Source of the DNA: Bacteroidales bacterium
GTDB taxonomy: Bacteria; Bacteroidota; Bacteroidia; Bacteroidales; FEN-979
Direction: 5' to 3'
Assembly: GCA_035505995.1 (NCBI GenBank)
Contig: DATJQF010000162.1
Span: 1 to 51,953 of the forward strand
DNA: 51,953 bases
The translations under genes and the position numbers were made by a program. Positions 18,415 through 27,878 of this stretch are shown here, one piece after another. Positions within the stretch are counted from its first letter, which is position 1; the number at the start of each line of letters is the position of its first letter. Under the pieces are notes generated by a model. It had not been told where the DNA came from, did no database searches, and saw only the letters and a list, made by a program, of their open reading frames with translations.

Positions 18415-21279
18415 CTATTCGGTGCTAACAATAATTTTCCGGATCTCGCGATGCCCGGCAGAAAGGAAAGAGCAGAAATAAATGCCCGGGGCAACGGTCT
18501 GACCTGTAAGATTGGTATGATCCCAGGAAATTTCATGCGTGCCTGCCGTTTGCAGCCCGTCGGTCAATACCGCTATTTCCCTTCCTGACAGATCACAGAT
18601 GCTGATCTTCACCCGTGCGGGCTCCCCGATTGAATAAAGTATCCGGGTGACCTTTGATGAGGGGTTCGGGTATATCGTAAGAAACCCCGGTCCGGAGGCG
18701 GGGCTGACCGTTCCCCCGATCCCGGTGAATATGGGTTTGACCAGTCGTTTGGTGGTATACAGGTGGTATTCCCCGGGCTCAAGGCTGACCGGATCGCTCA
18801 CACTGGAAACGTCCAGGGAATCGCCGGTGAAATAGTCGTACCACATCCCGGTACGGGTGAAGCCCGGTACGATATTCCCCGCCCAGACATTGAAATTCCC
18901 GATGATCTCGGCATCCATGTCGCTTCCCCGCAACGTGATCCCTTTCAATGCTCCCCCGACATTCAGCGTGAAATCGGAAGTGGAGAATACCGGCTGGTCA
19001 TTCTTCAGCCCGATCAGCGCCGAGCACACATTGTATAGATACCGGCGGGGGAATTGCCCGTAATAATCCCAGCGGATCGGCTTGGGATCAAGCCTGGAAT
19101 CGGAAGTCCCGGTCGGATAGTTGATGGAGTAGTCGTACCCGAGCTCTCCGAACTGCCAGAGCATCTTCGGACCGGGGATCGTATAAAAGAAGGTCGCCGC
19201 CATCCCCATCCGGTTCAGGGCGAAATTGGTATCCCGGCAGGGATAGGCCGGATTCGACTGGTTCCCGAAGGTGATATTGTTATACATGACCCGTTCCTCA
19301 TCATGGCTTTCCATATAGCCCACCAGGTGCGGTTCGCTCCATCCCCGGTTCTTATAAGAGATACCGGAGAAATCGGAGAGGTTCCCGGTGACCCATCCTT
19401 CGGTCGCATCGCTGTAGTTGGAGTTCGAATTTCCCCACAGCAGCATCCCGTAGGCGGAAAGCTCCGTTTCCTCATCGTTATCGGCAAAGTGCTCCAGGAT
19501 AAAGAGGACGTCCGGCTTGACGGTCCGCACGGAATCATAGTAATTCTCCAGCACCCGGATCCTGGCCGTATCCTTCTGCGCCCAGAGCGCCCAATTGCCG
19601 GGATAGGAATTCACCTGGGTAAATCCTTTGGAAAGATCCAGCCGGTACCCGTCGGCATGATATTCGGTCACCCAGTACCTGAGCACCCGGGTGCAAAATT
19701 CCCGGGTATAGGGGCTCTGGTGGTTGAAATCGTTTCCGACGTTGGCGGGATGCGTGGGAATGGGGTTGAACCAGGGGCTGTTGGCGGCCGGGCGCTGGTT
19801 CGCATCATCCCAGTAAAGCCTGGCCAGCGGGGATTGCCCGAACTGGTGGTTCAGCACGATGTCGAGGATCACCGCGATTCCCATGCCATGAGCGGTGTCG
19901 ATAAATTCCTTTAATCCTTCCCGGGTGCCGTAATATTTATCCGGGGCAAATTCGAAATCGGGATTATATCCCCAGCTGGAGTTCCCCTCGAATTCCATGA
20001 CCGGCATCAGCTCGATCGCATTCACGCCAAGTCGTTTAAGATAATGGAGGGTATCGATCAGGGAGGGATAGTCATGCTGCACGGTGAAATCCCGGATCAG
20101 CAGTTCATAGATGACCAGGCTGGAAAGGGCAGGCTCCGTGATAGAAGGATGATTCCAGGCATAGGGAGCCTGTGCGGTCTGCAGCACCGAGGCGATCTGG
20201 GTGGTTTTCCCCGTGGGATAAGGGATCAGATCGGGGTAGGTTGCATTGTCGATGTACTGGTCGTCCGGGTCGCTTACCTTGTCGCAATAAGGATCTGCAA
20301 TGAGCAGGGTCCCGTCCACCAGGTACTGGAAGATATATTCCTTGTTCGGGATGAGGTTGCTTACCTGCAACCAGTATCTGGTCCCGTCGGGTGTGCGGTT
20401 CATATAAAAAGCGGAATCCGTCTGCCAGCCGGTGAAATCGCCCGTGACGAAGCAAAAATCCTTATACGGTGCAAACAGGCTCAGGAGGACCGTGGTGGAA
20501 TCGATATAATTGATCCCGTCCTTCATGCCCGGAGGCAGCGCCGCTACCGGGGGAGGCGGAACCACCGAATAGAAAAAAGAGTCGGCGGCGGAGGCTGTGT
20601 CATTCACGGCCCGGATCGTCACCCACTGGCGGGTCCAGTATTGGCCGAAATTATAGGCCAGCAGCGTATCGGTGATGACATGCCCCGCGTTCTTTTTTAT
20701 CAGGGTCTGGTTGACATACAGGAACATCGTATCGGCCAGGGGGCTGGTCGCCGACACCGGTATCGAATCATTGAGCGGCAGGTACAGTGCTTTGACGGCC
20801 GGTGCCGTGATCGTCACGCTGGTGACAGCAGGATATACATTCCCGAAAATGTCACCGCCGTCGGCTTCCCGGCCGGCTTTCGACCCGTCCGCATTCCGGA
20901 ACACGAACGCGATCTTCAGGATCTTTTCTGTCGCGGGAACCCCGTAAAACTCACGGATGCTGGGAACCAGCCGGATGCTGTACAGATTATTCCCCAGGGG
21001 CGTCATCAGGGCCTTGGGAATATTCTGGTTCCACGGGGCCAGCACATAGCGCCAGCCGCTCGAGGAGGTGCTGGAGTCGGTGATGACCCCGGTATGCGCA
21101 TAGATCGGCGGGGGGACATCCTTCAGCCCTGCATTTCCTTTGGTGGCGTCGAAGATGACCGTGCAGGAGTCAAGGTCGGTGGGATAGACCGGCACGGTGA
21201 CGATCACCTGGGCGGAAGCGGACGTGAAAAGCAGGGTCAGCAGGAAAATGACGGAAAATAAGTGAAATGTTGTTTTCAT
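18415..21279 (-). CDS. T9SS-secreted GH13 alpha-glucan hydrolase (CBM48-associated, pullulanase/debranching-like)
   Basis: Signal peptide MKTTFHLFSVIFLLTLLFTSASAQ (ATG at 21279). GH13 regions are VILDIVLNH, GYRLDLSKG, FILEHF and YMESHDE. A CBM48-like segment (RYWLQVSNLIPNKEYIFQYLVDG) is present. T9SS CTD: LTIYPNPSS...GIYFCSFLSAGHREIRKIIV. Confidence 0.85.
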   Translation of the reverse strand: MKTTFHLFSVIFLLTLLFTSASAQVIVTVPVYPTDLDSCTVIFDATKGNAGLKDVPPPIYAHTGVITDSSTSSSGWRYVLAPWNQNIPKALMTPLGNNLYSIRLVPSIREFYGVPATEKILKIAFVFRNADGSKAGREADGGDIFGNVYPAVTSVTITAPAVKALYLPLNDSIPVSATSPLADTMFLYVNQTLIKKNAGHVITDTLLAYNFGQYWTRQWVTIRAVNDTASAADSFFYSVVPPPPVAALPPGMKDGINYIDSTTVLLSLFAPYKDFCFVTGDFTGWQTDSAFYMNRTPDGTRYWLQVSNLIPNKEYIFQYLVDGTLLIADPYCDKVSDPDDQYIDNATYPDLIPYPTGKTTQIASVLQTAQAPYAWNHPSITEPALSSLVIYELLIRDFTVQHDYPSLIDTLHYLKRLGVNAIELMPVMEFEGNSSWGYNPDFEFAPDKYYGTREGLKEFIDTAHGMGIAVILDIVLNHQFGQSPLARLYWDDANQRPAANSPWFNPIPTHPANVGNDFNHQSPYTREFCTRVLRYWVTEYHADGYRLDLSKGFTQVNSYPGNWALWAQKDTARIRVLENYYDSVRTVKPDVLFILEHFADNDEETELSAYGMLLWGNSNSNYSDATEGWVTGNLSDFSGISYKNRGWSEPHLVGYMESHDEERVMYNNITFGNQSNPAYPCRDTNFALNRMGMAATFFYTIPGPKMLWQFGELGYDYSINYPTGTSDSRLDPKPIRWDYYGQFPRRYLYNVCSALIGLKNDQPVFSTSDFTLNVGGALKGITLRGSDMDAEIIGNFNVWAGNIVPGFTRTGMWYDYFTGDSLDVSSVSDPVSLEPGEYHLYTTKRLVKPIFTGIGGTVSPASGPGFLTIYPNPSSKVTRILYSIGEPARVKISICDLSGREIAVLTDGLQTAGTHEISWDHTNLTGQTVAPGIYFCSFLSAGHREIRKIIVSTE

Positions 21280-21305
21280 CCGGATCAGATATAAACATGT
21301 ATCTG

Positions 21306-21313
21306 CAAAGGTA
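21306..21313 (-). promoter_or_regulatory. Candidate -7 box (TACCTTTG) for the T9SS GH13 gene
   Basis: The reverse complement of CAAAGGTA matches TAnnTTTG, 27 nt upstream of the ATG at 21279. It is the same octamer as at 14023-14030. Confidence 0.4.
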
Positions 21314-21348
21314 AATAAATACGATCTTTGTAAAGAGAAACCCGGGCC

Positions 21349-22515
21349 ATGAAGCATCCTGTCATCCTCTTAACTTTTTTCCTGTTTTTCCTGCTCTCGT
21401 GCAGTAAAAAAAACGCAGGCCAGGAGAACACCGCCCCGCAGCCCGTTTATTATACCTGGGATTATTTCTGCATGGGAGCGGACCTGTCGTACGCGAACGA
21501 GCTGGAGGACAACGGTGCGGTTTACCGGGACTCCTCCCAGGTAAAAGACATTTTCAGGATCTTCCGGGAACATGGGGCCAATACCGTCCGGGTGCGCTTG
21601 TGGCACGATCCCCAATGGGAGAAGCCGCTTACCGGCGGAAAGCTTTACAGCGACCTGGCCGATGCAGAGAAGACCATCCGGCGCGCGAAAGAGCTGGGCA
21701 TGGCCGTTGACCTGGATATTCACTTTTCCGATACCTGGGCCGATCCGGGTCGCCAGGATACCCCTGCGGCCTGGGACAGCCTGAGCCTGGATGGGCTGAA
21801 GGATTCCGTTTACCAGTATACCCTGGATGTATTGAATTACCTGAAAAGCCAGTCGGTGACACCCGAGATGGTGCAGATCGGCAATGAGGTCAATGCCGGC
21901 ATGCTGTGGCCGCTGGGCAAAGTTCAAAACGACGTTTGGACCAGTTTCGGGGCTCTGTTGAACTCCGGGATCCGGGCAGTGCGGGATTTTTCCGCCGGCT
22001 CGGCGATCAAGCCTTTGATCATCCTGCATGTGGCGCAACTGCAGAATGCCGACTGGTGGATCAGCCATGTGATCCAGCAAGGCCAGGTGACCGATTTCGA
22101 TATTCTCGGGATTTCCCATTATTCAAAATGGTCGACCGTTAACTCGATGCAGCAGATCACCACTACGATAAAGTCGCTTCGCACCTCCTACGGAAAAGAG
22201 GTGATGATCGTGGAAACCGCCTACCCCTGGACCCCGGATAATGCCGATTCCTATCCCAATACCTTCGGCATTGCCGATGCCGTGTCCGGCTACCCGCTGA
22301 CGCAGCAGGGACAGGAAAAGTACCTGGAGGACCTCACCCAGGCTGTCATCAGCGGAGGCGGCAAAGGGATTATGTACTGGGAGCCGGATTGGATCACCTC
22401 ATCGATGCACGACTCCTGGGGCACCGGGTCTTCCTGGGATAACTGCACCTTTTTCGACTTTTCCGGGAACTGGATGCCCGGTCTGGTATTCATGACCAGG
22501 GCCTACCCGTTCTGA
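21349..22515 (+). CDS. Arabinogalactan endo-beta-1,4-galactanase (GH53), lipoprotein
   Basis: Lipobox FLLSCS. GH53 motifs are GADLSYANELEDNG, VRVRLWHDP, DIHFSDTWADPGRQ, VQIGNEVNAGMLWP, GISHYSKW, VMIVETAYPW and YWEPDWI. Confidence 0.88.
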   Translation: MKHPVILLTFFLFFLLSCSKKNAGQENTAPQPVYYTWDYFCMGADLSYANELEDNGAVYRDSSQVKDIFRIFREHGANTVRVRLWHDPQWEKPLTGGKLYSDLADAEKTIRRAKELGMAVDLDIHFSDTWADPGRQDTPAAWDSLSLDGLKDSVYQYTLDVLNYLKSQSVTPEMVQIGNEVNAGMLWPLGKVQNDVWTSFGALLNSGIRAVRDFSAGSAIKPLIILHVAQLQNADWWISHVIQQGQVTDFDILGISHYSKWSTVNSMQQITTTIKSLRTSYGKEVMIVETAYPWTPDNADSYPNTFGIADAVSGYPLTQQGQEKYLEDLTQAVISGGGKGIMYWEPDWITSSMHDSWGTGSSWDNCTFFDFSGNWMPGLVFMTRAYPF

Positions 22516-22645
22516 CCATTAATTAATTGTGAAATTATTATCAATTTTTATTGAAATTTATTTATATTTATCGCCTTATTGGAAATTTCCGCTCCGGATT
22601 TATCACGTATCGAAATACATTGTCTAACCCTTAAAAATTAACTTT

Positions 22646-25636
22646 ATGAAGAAACGTTTACTATGGCTGCGGTATCTGCTTCTCTTCTTTGCATGCCTCG
22701 CCGTAACGGGAGTTTATGCCCAGGAGTTAACGGTATCCGGTAAAGTGACAGATGCGGCAGATGGAAGCACCCTTCCGGGGGTCACCATTGTGGTGAAAAG
22801 CACGACTACCGGAACGGTCACCGATCTGAACGGACATTATTCCATCAAGGTGAAGTCCGGAAGCATCCTCGTGTTCTCCTACGTAGGCTACCAGACCCAG
22901 GAGATCACCATCACCACCCAGACGACCGTGGATGTGGTCCTGGGATCTTCGGTAACTGGTCTGAGTGAGTTAGTAGTTATCGGGTACGGGCAGGTCAAGA
23001 AAACAGATGCCACCGGCTCGGTTTCCACCCTCGATAAAAAAGAATTCCTGCAGGGCGCGGTCGTTTCGCCCCAGCAACTGATCATCGGGAAGATCCCCGG
23101 TGTGACGGTTACTACGCTGGGCGGTGCACCCGGCGGCGATGCGGTCATCCGGATCAGGGGAGGCTCCTCGATCTATTCTTCCAACGATCCTTTGATCGTG
23201 ATCGACGGGGTTCCTATGGATAACACGGCCACGGCAGGCGCCCGGGGAACCCTGAGCATGATCAACCCGAATGATATTGAATCCTACACCGTCCTCAAGG
23301 ATGCATCCGCCACCGCCATCTATGGTTCACGGGCATCCAACGGGGTCATCCTGATCACTACCAAGAAAGCAGGCCCCGGTGCTAAGAAATTCGGCGTGGG
23401 ATACGATGGATTTGTTTCCATCTCCGCTTTCCCGAAAATGGTGAGCGTACTCGACGGCGACCAGTACCGTTCCCTGTTTCTTTCAAAATACCCCAATGAT
23501 ATAGCGAAGGACAGCCTGCTGGGCACCGCCAATACCAACTGGCAGAAAGAGATCTACCGGACCGGCGCTTCCACCAGCCACGACCTGAGCTTTTATGGCG
23601 CCTTTAAATATTTACCGTATCGAATCGCAATCGGGTATATGTCGAACAACGGGACCCTGTTGACAGACAATGTCCAGAGGACCACGGCGGGGTTGAACCT
23701 GAACCCTGTCCTCTTCCAGGATCACCTGAAGATCAACCTGAATGCAAAATTCATCTATGAGGCCGACCAGTTCGCCGACCAGGGAGCCATCGGGGAAGCC
23801 ATCGCGTTTGACCCGACGCACCCGGTCGACACCACCAACGCTTACGGGAACTACTGGGCCTGGCTGCAGCCGAACGGAACACCCGTCAACCAGGCAACCA
23901 CCAACCCGGTGGCTCACCTGAAGCTGACCAACGACCATTCGAATGTGACCCGTTTTATCGGGAACCTGCAGTTGGATTACAAGCTTCATTTCTTCCCCGA
24001 CCTGCGGGCAGTCCTGAACCTCGGGGGCGACTATACCACCTCCCGGGGGACCAAATACATTCCCGCCCTGGCCTCCTTCCAGTACCTGAACGGAGGGGTG
24101 GATAACAAGTACTCGCAGTTCAAGAACAACTCCGTGCTGGATTTCTACCTCAACTACGTGAAGGACGTGAAGAGCATCTGGAGCAAATTCGATGTCATGG
24201 CCGGGTATTCCTGGCAGCATTTCTTCTACGACAATGTTACTTACAACAATAACATTGCGCATGACTCCGCACATTATCAATACCTGATCGATAAGAGAGA
24301 ATATTACCTGGTGTCGTTTTACGGACGTTTCAATTATTCCCTGCTCGACCGCTATCTCCTCACCTTCACCCTGCGTGACGACGGTTCCTCGAAGTTTTCC
24401 AAGAGCACCCGCTGGGGGTTGTTCCCGTCGGTGGCACTGGCCTGGAAAATCAGCGACGAGCCCTTCCTGAGGAATTCCAAAGCGGTTTCCCTGCTGAAGC
24501 TGAGGCTGGGCTGGGGGATCACCGGGACCCAGGATATTTCCAACAACTGGTATCCGTATCTGCCTATCTATACGGCCAGCGATGTATTCACGCAATATCA
24601 GTTCGGCAATGTTTACTACATCACCCTGCGTCCCGAAGGTTATGATGCGGACATCAAGTGGGAAACCACCAATACCCTCAACGGGGGGATCGATTTCGGA
24701 TTTATCAAGGACCGCCTGACCGGCGCTGTCGATGTCTATTACCGCAAGACGAAAGACATCCTCAACTTCATCCCGGTTCCGGCCGGATCCAATCTTTCGA
24801 ATTATATCTACACCAACATCGGGGATATGTGGAACAAGGGGATCGAGTTCTCCCTGGATGCGAAGCCGGTGGTTACGAAAAACTTTATGTGGGACATCGG
24901 GGGCAACATCGCCACCAACAAGAACCAGATCACCAAGCTGACCGCCACCGACGACCCGAATTACCCGGGGATCCTCGTGGGAGCGATCAGCGGGGGCGTG
25001 GGCAATACCGTCCAGGTCATCAGCGTGGGATACCCGATGAACTCCTTCTACGTGTATCAGCAGGTCTATGATGCCAACGGCAAACCGGTCGAAGGAGTGT
25101 ATGTGGACCGGAACGGCGACGGGAAGATCACCGACGCCGACCGTTATCATTACAAGAGCGCGAATCCGGATTTCACCTGGGGTATCTTCACCAACCTGAA
25201 ATTCAAGGAATGGACCCTCTCCCTGGCAGGACATTCGGAAATCGGCAATTATGTGTACAATAATGTCTCTGCCAACCGGGGAGTGTATGCCAACCTCTAC
25301 CGGCCGGAAGGACCGTACCTGGGAAATGTGACCTCGGATGTGTACGATGTGAACTTCAACAACCAGCAGTACCTTTCCGATTACTATGTGCAGAATGCTT
25401 CCTACTTCAAACTGGATTACATCACCCTCAGCTACAACTTTGCAAAACTGATCAAGGGGGCTGATAATTTCACAGTTGCCTTTACCGTTAACAACCTCTT
25501 CACTATCACCAAATACAAAGGAATTGATCCGGAAATCAATACGGGATCGAATGTATACGGGTCGACTGTGGGGATCGATAACAACATTTACCCGAGATCC
25601 AAAGTGTTTGTTTTGGGATTAAGTCTTGCATTTTAA
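22646..25636 (+). CDS. susC: SusC/RagA-family TonB-dependent outer-membrane transporter
   Basis: Signal peptide, a carboxypeptidase-regulatory-like N-domain (VSGKVTDAADGSTLPGVTIVVKSTTTGTVTDLNGHYSI), a plug (VLKDASATAIYGSRASNGVILITTKK) and a terminal ...LSLAF. 996 aa. Confidence 0.93.
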   Translation: MKKRLLWLRYLLLFFACLAVTGVYAQELTVSGKVTDAADGSTLPGVTIVVKSTTTGTVTDLNGHYSIKVKSGSILVFSYVGYQTQEITITTQTTVDVVLGSSVTGLSELVVIGYGQVKKTDATGSVSTLDKKEFLQGAVVSPQQLIIGKIPGVTVTTLGGAPGGDAVIRIRGGSSIYSSNDPLIVIDGVPMDNTATAGARGTLSMINPNDIESYTVLKDASATAIYGSRASNGVILITTKKAGPGAKKFGVGYDGFVSISAFPKMVSVLDGDQYRSLFLSKYPNDIAKDSLLGTANTNWQKEIYRTGASTSHDLSFYGAFKYLPYRIAIGYMSNNGTLLTDNVQRTTAGLNLNPVLFQDHLKINLNAKFIYEADQFADQGAIGEAIAFDPTHPVDTTNAYGNYWAWLQPNGTPVNQATTNPVAHLKLTNDHSNVTRFIGNLQLDYKLHFFPDLRAVLNLGGDYTTSRGTKYIPALASFQYLNGGVDNKYSQFKNNSVLDFYLNYVKDVKSIWSKFDVMAGYSWQHFFYDNVTYNNNIAHDSAHYQYLIDKREYYLVSFYGRFNYSLLDRYLLTFTLRDDGSSKFSKSTRWGLFPSVALAWKISDEPFLRNSKAVSLLKLRLGWGITGTQDISNNWYPYLPIYTASDVFTQYQFGNVYYITLRPEGYDADIKWETTNTLNGGIDFGFIKDRLTGAVDVYYRKTKDILNFIPVPAGSNLSNYIYTNIGDMWNKGIEFSLDAKPVVTKNFMWDIGGNIATNKNQITKLTATDDPNYPGILVGAISGGVGNTVQVISVGYPMNSFYVYQQVYDANGKPVEGVYVDRNGDGKITDADRYHYKSANPDFTWGIFTNLKFKEWTLSLAGHSEIGNYVYNNVSANRGVYANLYRPEGPYLGNVTSDVYDVNFNNQQYLSDYYVQNASYFKLDYITLSYNFAKLIKGADNFTVAFTVNNLFTITKYKGIDPEINTGSNVYGSTVGIDNNIYPRSKVFVLGLSLAF

Positions 25637-25656
25637 CCTTTTAAAATCTGAAAACA

Positions 25657-27858
25657 ATGAGACAGATATTTAAATTAACATTGTTAGTCGCGGCACTGAC
25701 GCTGTTTCTATATTCCTGCGTCAAGGATCTGGATACTACCCCTATTAATCCTACTGTATATACTTCTGCCAATGTTTATAATAACCCCGCCGCCTATAAA
25801 CAGGTTTTGGCCAAGTTATATGCAGGACTTTCCGTTTCCGGTCAGCAAGGACCTTCCGGCAATCCGGACATCAGCGGGATCGACGAAGGATTCGGCGAAT
25901 ATATGAGGGCCTTGTGGTATCACCAGGAACTGCCTACCGATGAGGCAGTGATCGGGTGGAATGACCAGACCATTAAAAATTTCCACTACCAGACCTGGGG
26001 ATCGAGCGATGTGTTCATTGCAGCCATGTATTACAGGATCTTCTACCAGATCTCCCTCTGCAATGAATTCATCCGGGAATCCACCGATGCCCAGCTGGAT
26101 AAGAACGGGATCACCGGCCAGGACCGGGTCGATATCGGCTATTACCGTGCGGAAGCGCGTTTCCTGCGTGCCCTGAGCTACTATCATGCCCTGGATATTT
26201 TCGGGAACGTGCCTTTCGTGACCGAAAACGATCCGGTGGGCAAATTCTTCCCGCCCCAGATCAAGCGGGCCGATCTCTTCAATTATATTGAGAGTGAACT
26301 GAAGGCCATCGAGCCCCTGATGATGCCCGCAAAAGGGAATGAATTCGGCCGCGCCGACGTGGCTGCCGTATGGTCGCTGCTGGCCCGGCTATATCTGAAT
26401 TCCCAGGTTTACAACGGGACGGATCATAATACGGATTGCATCACCTACTGCAACAAGGTCATCTCCGCGGGCTATACGCTGGAACCGCAATATAAGAACC
26501 TCTTCATGGCCGATAATAACAAGACCAGCGAGATCATCTTCCAGGTGGAATATGACGGCCACAAGACCCAGACCTGGGGAGGCACCACCTTTGTGATTCA
26601 TGCAGCGGTCGGCGGAAGCATGGTTCCCGGGGATTACGGGATTGCAGGCGGATGGGGCGGTACGCGTACCACCAAACAATTTGTCAATAAGTTTTATCCG
26701 AACCTGACAGCCAAATCATGGCATTCCCCGATTCCTCCCAAAAACAAAAAATCATACCCGGTGCTGTATGTGCCCGGATCATACCAGGGATGGAATCCGG
26801 CGGATCCGACCACGGTGATCGCTTCGAAATATGTGGCCGGCGAATATGAAGGCTACCTCTATTTCAAGGATGCCAATACCCAGTTCAAGATCTGTCAGAA
26901 CCCTGACTGGACGGTCAACTGGGGCGACGATGGCGCCGACGGCACCCTGGATCTCAACGGAGCCAACATCCAGGTGGCGGATCCCGGCTATTATAAGCTG
27001 AATGTGAACCTGAACAACCTTACCTACACGGTGGTGAAGACCACGTGGGCGGTCATTGGCGATGCTACGCCGGGTGGATGGAGCACCGATTCCCCGATGA
27101 CGTATGATACGGCTACCAAGATGTGGAGCGCTGTGCTGGATCTTACCGTAGGAGGATTGAAATTCCGCGCCAACGGCGCCTGGGATATCAATTACGGAGA
27201 CGACGGTGCGGATGGCATCCTGGATCCGGGCGGAGCCAATATTGCCATTCCGGAAGCAGGAACCTATACTATCACCATGAAGCTCGGCATCCCGGATTAT
27301 ACCTATACGATCGTGAAAGCCAGCTTCGACCAGCGGGCTATGTTCTGGACCGACGGACAATCGCTGGATATCAACGATATCGGAACCTTCACCGACGGGT
27401 ATGCCATCACCAAGTGGACCAATATGAACAGCGACGGCACCCCGGGCCTGGACCCGACCTACTGTGATACCGACTTCCCGCTCTTCCGGCTGGGCGATAT
27501 TTACCTGATGTATGCGGAAGCCGTGCTTCGCGGAGGTAGCGGAGGCGACCTGGGAACCGCACTTAACTACATCAATGCCCTGCGGACCCGGGCTTATGGA
27601 GATGCCGGCGGAAATATCACGGCGGCCGACCTGACGCTGGACTTTATCCTGGACGAACGGGGCCGGGAGCTATACTGGGAAGCCGTGCGGAGGACCGACC
27701 TGATCCGTTTCGGAAGGTTCAGCTCCGGGAATTATGTCTGGGCATGGAAAGGCGGAATTAAGGAGGGGATTGCCACCAGCGACATCTATAACCTGTTCCC
27801 GATTCCTGCCGCAGATGTCTCAGCAAATCCGAATCTGGTTCAAAATCCGGGATATTAA
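25657..27858 (+). CDS. susD: SusD/RagB-family lipoprotein carrying an inserted SusE/F-type tandem binding module
   Basis: Lipobox LYSCVKD. SusD N-terminal helices (ALWYHQELPTDEA, RAEARFLRALSYYHALDIFGNVPF) and C-terminus (FPLFRLGDIYLMYAEA, DERGRELYWEAVRRTDLIRF, FPIPAADVSANPNLVQNPGY) are present. At 733 aa it looks long for a SusD-family protein. The extra roughly 185 aa (aa 371-555) are paralogous to the next gene. Confidence 0.88.
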   Translation: MRQIFKLTLLVAALTLFLYSCVKDLDTTPINPTVYTSANVYNNPAAYKQVLAKLYAGLSVSGQQGPSGNPDISGIDEGFGEYMRALWYHQELPTDEAVIGWNDQTIKNFHYQTWGSSDVFIAAMYYRIFYQISLCNEFIRESTDAQLDKNGITGQDRVDIGYYRAEARFLRALSYYHALDIFGNVPFVTENDPVGKFFPPQIKRADLFNYIESELKAIEPLMMPAKGNEFGRADVAAVWSLLARLYLNSQVYNGTDHNTDCITYCNKVISAGYTLEPQYKNLFMADNNKTSEIIFQVEYDGHKTQTWGGTTFVIHAAVGGSMVPGDYGIAGGWGGTRTTKQFVNKFYPNLTAKSWHSPIPPKNKKSYPVLYVPGSYQGWNPADPTTVIASKYVAGEYEGYLYFKDANTQFKICQNPDWTVNWGDDGADGTLDLNGANIQVADPGYYKLNVNLNNLTYTVVKTTWAVIGDATPGGWSTDSPMTYDTATKMWSAVLDLTVGGLKFRANGAWDINYGDDGADGILDPGGANIAIPEAGTYTITMKLGIPDYTYTIVKASFDQRAMFWTDGQSLDINDIGTFTDGYAITKWTNMNSDGTPGLDPTYCDTDFPLFRLGDIYLMYAEAVLRGGSGGDLGTALNYINALRTRAYGDAGGNITAADLTLDFILDERGRELYWEAVRRTDLIRFGRFSSGNYVWAWKGGIKEGIATSDIYNLFPIPAADVSANPNLVQNPGY

Positions 27859-27878
27859 TCTCTTAACACAGAAACTAT

